DNA of 64,000 nucleotides, taken from assembly GCA_964016885.1 (NCBI GenBank), contig OZ024740.1, positions 221,154,001 through 221,218,000 of the forward strand, given 5' to 3'. Below the pieces are notes generated by a model, which saw nothing but the letters and a program-made list of their open reading frames with translations, searched no databases and was not told where the DNA came from. The position numbers and the translations under genes are program-made. Source of the DNA: Eledone cirrhosa. Lineage: Eukaryota. Below are positions 54,886 through 64,000 of the stretch, piece by piece (positions within the stretch are counted from its first letter, which is position 1; each line of letters starts with the position of its first letter).

Positions 54886-55497
54886 ATGTCAGGTCACCAG
54901 TTGGTGCTACTGGTAACATGTATTCCAGAATAACCTGTCCCAAGGTCGGGTCGTTGGCGACTAAACTGGCAACGCCACCAAGGTTTCTTGGTGAGGAGGG
55001 TGACTTTGGACATCCTGCAGGACTAAAAACAAAACCTGTCAAAGGGCAAAGGTGCTCTTAAGAGTCAATGGCCATCTAAAATCACCGGGAGAGATGACCC
55101 CTTAGCCTTTCTCAAGGCAGAATTCTAGGAGAAGGAAAACTCTGATATATCACCTGCAACCCTGATGGTATCCAATGATGTTGACTTGTTCTTCTTTTTG
55201 GTAAATATCATCTTGGTTAAGAGAGTGGGACTGGCTTTGTGCAGTGCCTTTGCTCACTATAAAAGCTTCACAGCACAAGCATTGCTTTATATCTGGAGAT
55301 CTCTCTGCACTTGTCGTCACATGTTACCATGGGCCCAACACTATGTGTCAATAATTGTCACAAGTGTAGTGTTTGTACCAGAGTTTTCAAGTCGCTGGTT
55401 GGACTAAACAGCCACAATCGTTCAGAGTATCGGTAGGGGTTCTCCTACATGGATATAAAGTAGTGGCCGTACTCGAAAACGAGTTGGCAGCCACCAT
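54886..55497 (+). mobile_element. Unclassified interspersed repeat, longest copy
   Basis: Matches 376-924 and 18322-18725; 5' head shared with 58805 and 10764. Confidence 0.8.
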
Positions 55498-55506
55498 GTT
55501 TGTATG

Positions 55507-55606
<100 letters not shown>

Positions 55607-55822
55607 ATAATAATAATAATAATATTTAAACTCATATATATAATCTATATACAATTATAAATAAGAAAGTGTAATATTGTGTATTACCCAATTACCAGTA
55701 AGAAAATTAGCTCAATGTAAAATATCAGAGCAGAAATATAACATATAAAACAATCAAATGTAAAATATCAGAGCAGAAATATAACATATAAAACAATCAA
55801 ATGTTTGTTTAATGCATTTAAT

Positions 55823-55870
55823 TGCTGACGATCGTTTCTTTCACACAAATGTTTTGGTTTCATCGGAGCA
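55823..55870 (-). ncRNA. Degenerate hammerhead motif (C4)
   Basis: UGCU-CCGAUGA-..-GAAA-CGAUCG-UC-AGCA; weak stem II. Confidence 0.45.
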
Positions 55871-56417
55871 CATACAATGTTAAAACAAGTAATTACATTC
55901 CTAGTCTTTAGAATATTCAGTAAGAAACAATCAAATTAACAGTGTCGGTGACATCATATTGAAGAGCAAGAACAAAATAATATTACAGTGAAAAGTTAGT
56001 AAAATATTGAAAGGTGTTATAAAGAGAGTATTACTTAAAGTCAATATATCAAGCATATTACACAAAGGATGTTAATAATAACATGCACTAAGGCAAGACA
56101 GATGTATAATGATAGCATGCATATATATGTTATGCAAACATTACATGCTGAATTAGTTGCAGGCAAAGATATTTATGGTGGAGGTAATATAAAAAGTTTA
56201 TGTAGGAAATGTTAATATTTATAGTTGTGGCGTGTGTAAGCAATAATTATAGATTTGTAAAGTTCAAAAACAAACGTTTAATCCAACAGTAATTGGTTAT
56301 ATTGCATTTCTTCCTCAATGTTTCTCTATAAGGTATTTCTACCTTAATTGGATGTTTATGTTGCCGTGTCATAATCTGTGTTTGAATAATATCGTATTTG
56401 ACATTCCTCAATGTGTG

Positions 56418-56454
<37 letters not shown>

Positions 56455-56458
<4 letters not shown>

Positions 56459-56870
56459 GTTTCTGAATTTGTTTAGCAAGATTCTTTATCTGAAATCGTG
56501 TGTTGAAACCGATATTGTTATACTTTGGGAGGGTCATGTTGCCAATAAGAAACACACGCACCAGTTGCTTTCACTTCAATTTATTATATATTTATAAATT
56601 TATAAATTTACAAATCTACAAACTTATAAATTTCTGCTTGGTTGGTTGGTTCCACAACCAGATAGTTGTTTATATATAGTCATAGTCCTTTCGTCACACA
56701 CTCTGTGACCTCTTCAGTGACTGGGGATTCCTTTCTTTGTTTCTGTGCCTTTCCTTTCTTCTGTCCTACGCCATTTTGTTTCTGTGTGTGTGTTGTGTGC
56801 TCAGTTTGCGCATGCGCCACATCCGGGTGTCTGTGTGTGTTTGTGTTCATTTATCTATTTTTTATATAAC
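56455..56870 (-). mobile_element. Solo PLE pseudo-LTR / 3' end
   Basis: Matches 44408-44800, including the hammerhead; flanked by (TA)n. Confidence 0.85.
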
Positions 56871-57013
56871 ATATATATATAACATAAATATATAACATAT
56901 ATATATATATATAACATATATATAACATATATATAACATATATATAACATATATATAACATATATATATAACATAAAACGAAAAATCAGTGATGCATCTG
57001 GACTCAGTTTATT

Positions 57014-57105
57014 ATGTGTTACAATTGTTTCGCCGGCAGATAGCTCGAGACAGGATCATTGTATGGATCTGTCTGATTCTAGATCTGCGGGTTCTTCGGA
57101 CACAT
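57014..57105 (-). ncRNA. Hammerhead motif (C4) with a long stem II; partial inverted copy at 57129-57171
   Basis: AUGUGU-CCGAAGA-(~61 nt hairpin)-GAAA-CAAUUG-UA-ACACAU. Confidence 0.6.
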
Positions 57106-57261
57106 GAAATCCTTTCGGAACAAATTTTCGCAGATCTAGAATCAGACAGATCCATACAATGATCCTGTCTCTTCGTTTTATATTATATCACACTCTGCTC
57201 TGTAAGAACATAGAGTGCTCAACTGGCATACCGCCTATGGAAGCATCATAGCTACCATTAA

Positions 57262-57304
<43 letters not shown>

Positions 57305-57945
57305 AACAAAATTTGTATTCACTCTTACATAGCGGATATGGAAATGCAATTGGTGTGTGAATAACAATAATATTAATATTCGATTCGTTTGCAAGCTTCA
57401 TAACGCCATGTGCTTTCTAGATGAGTAACATCGTAGTTTTGCTCCAGCGCTGGCAGAGAGAGAAACAATTTATAATTGTTTCGGGTTATTGCTCTGTAAC
57501 AAGACTATGTATTTCCCTCTGTTCTGCTACACACTAGAAATCTTGAGAATATATAGTATTTTCCTAAAGTATACATCGACTAATTTGCATACCGAACGAC
57601 CCTACGGCTGGTTTTGTCAAATTTTGTCTTTAATTTTCGGCAAAACCAGCCGTAAAATCGCTTAATGGTGCTTTTTATATAATAATTGTTATCTGCATTT
57701 TTTTGTCAGCTCGAAACAGATCTATATTGACGTTAAGTATCGGTATTTACCATTTCATGTAAGTTCCTTACCTGCCTTCCGATTTTCTTGTGCTTTTATA
57801 TCTATATGTCTACACATGGATTTTCATACTTTTGTCTAAGTAATATTAACTGATGTGTACGCTCTGATCAGTTCTTTTCGCATCTGTTTTGTTATTATGC
57901 GATTGTCAGACAATAAAATCGATATTATTTTTATCAAAATTATTC

Positions 57946-58009
<64 letters not shown>

Positions 58010-58013
<4 letters not shown>

Positions 58014-58620
58014 AGTCGTTTGGAAGCCTCAACAATGCAAATGGATAAATCTCCGGGTAACAAGGTCCGGCGGTGGAGAGAGAGATGTAAGTGGGTGTAC
58101 GTTGAGATGCGTGGTATGTATAAGATGTGTGAGATGTGTAGAATGAAGGGAAGAGTATAAAGGATAAAATTAAAATAACAACACAAGAGAGAGTTACCTT
58201 GGGAGAGATTTAATAGTCCCTATATATTTCGGATTCACATCCATCAACTGGGGTTTTTTTCCGGGGTGGGGGAAAAGGTTGTCTGTCGGACAAGTCCAGA
58301 TATTCAAAACAACAAACAGCGAAGGATGCGCCCCGGACTTGTCCGACAGACAACCTTTTCCCCCACCCCGGAAAAAACCCCCAGTTGATGGATGTGAATC
58401 CGAAATATATAGGGACTATTAAATCTCTCCCAAGGTAACTCTCTCTTGTGTTGTTATTTTAATTTTATCCTTTATACTCTTCCCTTCATTCTACACATCT
58501 CACACATCTTATACACACCACGCATCTCAACGTACACCCACTTACATCTCTCTCCACCACCGGACCTTGTTACCCGGAGATTTACCCATTTGCATTGTCG
58601 AGGCTTCCAAACGACTTAAA
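58010..58620. repeat. ~290-bp near-perfect inverted repeat (58010-58297 / 58335-58620) between (TA)n tracts
   Basis: Arms are reverse complements; they contain a degenerate hammerhead CCC-CAGUUGA-UGGAU GUGA AUCC-GAAA-UAUA-UA-GGG. Confidence 0.9.
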
Positions 58621-58664
58621 GATATTTACTTATTGTTCCACAATGCTTCAAGCAAACTTCAATA

Positions 58665-58801
<137 letters not shown>

Positions 58802-58804
58802 GTG

Positions 58805-59325
58805 TGTCAGGTCTCTCCTGAGTGATACTGGTAACATGTAACCCAGTACATCGTGTCTCATGGTCCGGACGTCGGCGACTAAACCGGCAACTCACCCAGC
58901 TTGCTTGGTCACGAGGGTGATATTTGGACACCCTACGCGATGAAATACAACACTCGCAAAAGGCGGAGGAACTTAGCAGAGTCAACGGCCATTCAAATAG
59001 TACTTTTTTTTTTTTTTTTTTACCTGGGAGTGAAAGGCCTCCAGTTGTTGTCACAACACCTTTCTAAGAGAGGGAGTCTCTGAAAAAAAAACACCTGCGG
59101 CTTCGGAAGGATCCGATGAAGTTGACTAGTTCTCTTTTTCGGGTAGTGTTTTCGATGCTCAGAGAGTGGCATTGGTCGAGTGCAAGGCCTTTCTCCACTT
59201 AAAACACCTTCAAAGCACAGACATTGCTTGTTCAGGATCTGTTACAGGTTCGTGTAGTCTAAAAGTGCACCATTTTCTGTAATCTGATAAGCGATTGCAA
59301 TACTCTTAGCAGAGTTTGCAGCCAT
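58805..59325 (+). mobile_element. Diverged relative of the 54886 repeat (3' part also at 38666-38811 on minus)
   Basis: Shared head GTGATACTGGTAACATGTA..GGCGACTAAACCGGCAAC and shared AAAGCACAG.CATTGCTT and GCAGCCA(T/C)CA end. Confidence 0.6.
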
Positions 59326-59360
59326 CACACACACACACACACATATATAGTATATATATA

Positions 59361-59945
<585 letters not shown>

Positions 59946-60219
59946 AGATTGTATAGATTGGACTGCCCCCCAGCAACATCATTAAAGACAATAATGCTTC
60001 TTCTCTGAAGATTCTAAGAACATATTCTTTATAATAATATGTATGCATACGCACATATATATATAGACCTGTTATATTGATATCATACCTTAGAGTCTAA
60101 GGCTTAGACGAAACACTGTGTAAGGAGTAAATTTTGTTTATATATGTATTGCATTCTCCTACATTTATTTCTGCTTATATATAAGGAACTGTTTCATTGT
60201 TTTATTCATTATTTGTTTA

Positions 60220-60297
<78 letters not shown>

Positions 60298-60300
<3 letters not shown>

Positions 60301-63300
60301 CGTTTCTGAATTTGTTTAGCAGGATTCTTTATCTGAAAACGTGTGTTGAAACCGATATTGTTATACTTTGGGAGGGTCATGTTGCCAATAAGAAACACAC
60401 GCACCAGTTGCTTTAACTTCAATTTATTATAATAAATTTATAAATTTAGGAATTTATAAATTTCCGGTGGTTGGTTGGTTGGTTACACAACCAGATGGTT
60501 GTTTATATATTGTCAAAGTTCTTTCGTCACACATTCTATGACCTCTTCAGTGACTGGGGATTCTTTTCTTTGTTTTTGTGCCTCTCCTCCTACGCCATCT
60601 TGTTTCTGTGTGTGTGTTGTGTGATCAGTCTGCGCATGCGCCACATTCGGGTGTCTGTGTGTGTTTGTATTCGTTTATTTATTTGTTTATTTACATGTTA
60701 CAGGTTGGTTGTTTGTTCTATGTGCGTGTGTGTTTTCATTTTGTCCTTAATTGTAAGTTGTGACGTTGCTGTTCCATTCATGTATTCTATTTAATTTTGG
60801 TTGTAATTCTTTTATGATTATTGCCTCTGTGATTTGTCTAAACATTGCGTCTTTTCTGTGTGTAGATTCTATTTTTATTTCTATGTACTCTAATTTACCC
60901 TTATGTTCTATTTTAGCATGTTGGTAGAGTACAGATGATTCTTTACTATCTTGAAGGTCTCGCCAGTGTTCATTTATCCGTTCCCCTACACTACGAGCTG
61001 TCTCACCTATGTACACTATATTTTTGTCTCTACATTGTCCTTCAGTACATCTTATACTATATACTACATTTCTAGTTTTACAGTTAATATGGGGGCTTAA
61101 TTTACAGGTTATACATTTCTTATCTATACAGGGGGGTCTTTGAAAAGGGTATGTCTTGCTAATAAGTGTTTTTACGGAGGTACCTGGTCTTTCTACTATC
61201 TTAATATTGAGTTTATGTTTATCTAGGGCCCTTCTAAATTTGTAAGCTAATTCACCTCTAGGGGTTGTATCGATGAACATTACACTCTGGTATTTATTGC
61301 TATCATACCATGAGTTTATTCTATTAGCTTTATTCCTAGTTCTTTCTATTTAATTCCATAATTTGCTCCTATACAAGGGGCAGGTCCCATTTGTGTCATT
61401 ATTTACCATTTTTTCCCATTTGGTTCTGGCTCCTCTATACACTCTGATTTTATCACTCTGATTGTAACCGGAGAACTGCATACGGTGGATGAAGTCTTGT
61501 ATGTGTCTCTCTAGTTCTTCGGGGTTTCACATGCGGGACACGCTTCTCATCACCCGTACCAAATCCGCAATCAGTATGTTGATTTTGGTATGGTCCGAAA
61601 CAGCTGAGTTTCGGTGGATCAGATATTTATAAGTCATGGGTTCGGCATAATGGGAATGGAGGATTTGTTTTTTGTTATTAATGGTATCTAACCAGAGCTC
61701 TGTGTCTAGTACAGGTAATCGATGGTTGGGGTGTTTATTTGGGTACTCTAATAATCTGGTGGATGGAGTTAGCTATTTGCTGGATGCTTTCCATTGTGTT
61801 TTTCTCTAATTCCTGACTGTTCTCTAGTGGGGGTGTTTTAACTACGATGTTTATATCAGCAACGTAGCGGGAGTACATTATCAGGGTTAAGGGGGGTCTT
61901 CTAATTGTTCTTTAAGTTTAAGTTTAAGTCTACTGTCCCACTATACCATGAATAAGTTAGCTATGTCGCCTCCAATGCTAACACCAATGGCTGCTCCTTC
62001 TTCTTGGGCATATGTTTTTCCATTAAATTTGAACATATGTTCCTTAAGGGTTAATTTTATGCTGGCCCCCACCGCATGTGCAATCATTTTCTTTAGTTCA
62101 TCGTGGTTTTCGGGTGTCCGTATGGCTCTGGTCTACCCTTTCCATCTATCTGTGTAGGTTTTCTTGGCCATTGAGGTAATGGTAGGTGGTCTGTCTCTTG
62201 CTGGTCTTGTAGGGCACAGGTTGCTAAGGTCATATGTGTCTAGGTAATTATTACTATAGGTAAGTTTAAGTAGGAGTCCCAACTCAACATTGCTCTCACT
62301 GATCATTTATACGCATTTCTCCACAGAAAAATCTACGTCAATAGATGGATACAGGGACACAACATCCATACTGCCTATTATGCAGTTTGTTAGGTCCCGA
62401 GATCGGTTACTCTCGCCTATTCTGCTGAGGAGGTCCTCCGTGCTGTCACATATATCTGGGGACATTTCAATGATCGGGCGTATGATCAGGGAGAGGAAGT
62501 AGGACAGTCTGTAGTTACTAGCAATGTTAGCTCCACAGACTGGCCGTGTTGGTGGTCCCGTGACAGGGTTACTGCCCGTTTTATGGTCTTTTCGAAGCCC
62601 ATACAACGCTGGCACGTCATTGTTCCAGGCCTGGAAGCTGTTGGCAGTCCTTTTGTTGGGCTGCATTATATTCGTCCACATCACCATATGGGCATTGAGG
62701 GCTTTTTATCTATCCTCATGCCCTTGTGGTGTTACTTCTCTTGTGTTAGTGATGTGGGGTTGCATTGCCTGGATGTAGTTTGGCAGACTGTCAACCGACA
62801 TTCTGCCAGACTTGTCTGTTGGAAAGCATGCTATCTCTCCATTACGCGAGCGCTGCATGAGCTTACGCAAGCCATTTGCAGATTTTTCTCCCAGTTGCTG
62901 GGCCTCCATTCTATTATGCTTCTTGCTATACTGTTCTATAATATTTCTAAGTTTAGATCTAGCTATAATGAATTGTGCTTCTGTTTGTTCATCGACCTGC
63001 GACGGCAATTGCGTGCGTTTGTTAAAAGGTAAAGTCGTGGCGTGAACTCGTCGTAGGTCGAACGACTTATCGGAGGGATTATAAAAAGTAGAGTTCCAGG
63101 CTGCTGCTTTATGTGTACTAGTGCTATTGTTATTGTTAGTTGTGTTGTTTCTATTTCTATTTCCACCAACATCCTCATGGTTGTTTCTATGTCTCTCATT
63201 ATTACTCCTGTCTCTTTCCTCTGGCTCATTGTTATTATCTACTCTATTTTGTGTATCTGTGTGTTCGTTTTGGTTATTTTCTCTGTCCATAGTCTCCCTT

Positions 63301-63500
63301 CTCCTTTCAATCCTAATACCTTCCCTTATTTCTGTGCTACTGTCATTACCTGTTTTCTGTGTCTGTGTGTTTGTTAAGATTGTGGTGGTGGTGAGAGGCA
63401 TTGAATGTGTGTGTGTTGTTGTTGTTGTTGTTGTTGATGTGTGCTGTTGTTGTTGTCTCCGTGTGTGTTATTATTGTTGTGTGTGTTGTTATTGTTGTTT
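60298..63500 (-). mobile_element. Near full-length Penelope-like retroelement (RT + Cys linker + C-terminal GIY-YIG; Neptune-like by linker, clade unverified), pseudogenised
   Basis: PTDKSG, LYGLRKDHK..PTRPV, GSMDVVSLYPSI, QEEGAAIG, RYVAD (YVDD mutated, 61855-61866), CIDKKCITC..C, VVYSIRC..C..YIGETARSVGERINEH..H...H; hammerhead in the 3' pLTR. Confidence 0.92.
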
Positions 63501-63727
63501 GTGTCTGTGTGTCTGTTGTTGTTGTTTCTGAGTATGTTATTATTGTTGATGTGTGTGTTGTTGTTATTGTTGTTTGTGTCTATGTGTCTGTTGTTGTTGA
63601 GTTGTGTGTTGTATATGTCTGTGCGTATGTTGTTACTTTTGTTTATTTTTGTTTTTGAGGCTCCAACGTAATTTTGTAAATGATTTTTCTATTTCTGACA
63701 AACAATCCGTGGGATTGATACCAGTGA

Positions 63728-64000
63728 GCTGGGACTCCTACTTAAACTTACCTATAGTAATAATTACCTAGACACATATGACCTTAGCAACATGTGCCCT
63801 ACAAGACCAGCAAGAGACAGACCACCTACCATTACCTCAATGGCCAAGAAAACCCACACAGATAGATGGAACGGGTGGACCAGAGCCATACGGACACCCG
63901 AAAACCACAATGAACTAAAGAAAATGATTGCACATGCGGTGGGGGCCAGCATAAAATTAACTCTTAAGGAACATATGTTAAAATTTAATGGAAAAACATA
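63728..64000 (+). mobile_element. Inverted duplicate of internal PLE RT sequence (reverse complement of ~62010-62283), running off the window end
   Basis: GGGACTCCTACTTAAACTTACCTATAG... matches the reverse complement of 62220-62280. Confidence 0.9.

Noticed and set aside
60088-60126. Hammerhead 3' half (GTCTAA GGC TTAGAC-GAAA-CAC T GTG-TA-AGG)
   Set aside because: The CUGANGA half is missing, so it is counted only as a remnant.

Overview
This is AT-rich, repeat-saturated eukaryotic DNA, probably intergenic or intronic. An octopod/cephalopod-like origin is inferred from the (TA)n/(CA)n/(TATG)n density and the SINE types, but is not proven. No intact host gene is supportable, and most ORF-track entries are microsatellite translations. 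Recognisable content: (1) a decayed Helitron (PIF1 helicase plus USP-like protease, split by a SINE); (2) a Penelope-like element (PLE; RT plus C-terminal GIY-YIG) present as one long copy, one shorter copy and several terminal fragments; (3) R4/Dong-like RLE retrotransposons in (TACA)n; (4) RTE, CR1-like, Tx1-like and hAT fragments; (5) mariner-type MITEs; (6) two tRNA-derived SINE families. The main hidden layer is RNA structure. About 20 type-I hammerhead ribozyme (HHR) motifs with intact cores and about 10 degenerate ones, from many unrelated sequence families, sit in short (TA)n-embedded cassettes that are often duplicated as inverted repeats. The most unusual motif occurs in two sequence-divergent families (40.4 kb and 43.0 kb, minus strand). 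There the hammerhead core parts (NUH, GAAA, CUGAYGA) appear in a non-canonical order and are joined by a pseudoknot and a box C/D-type kink-turn with covarying helices. All structures were folded by eye and none is experimentally or computationally validated.
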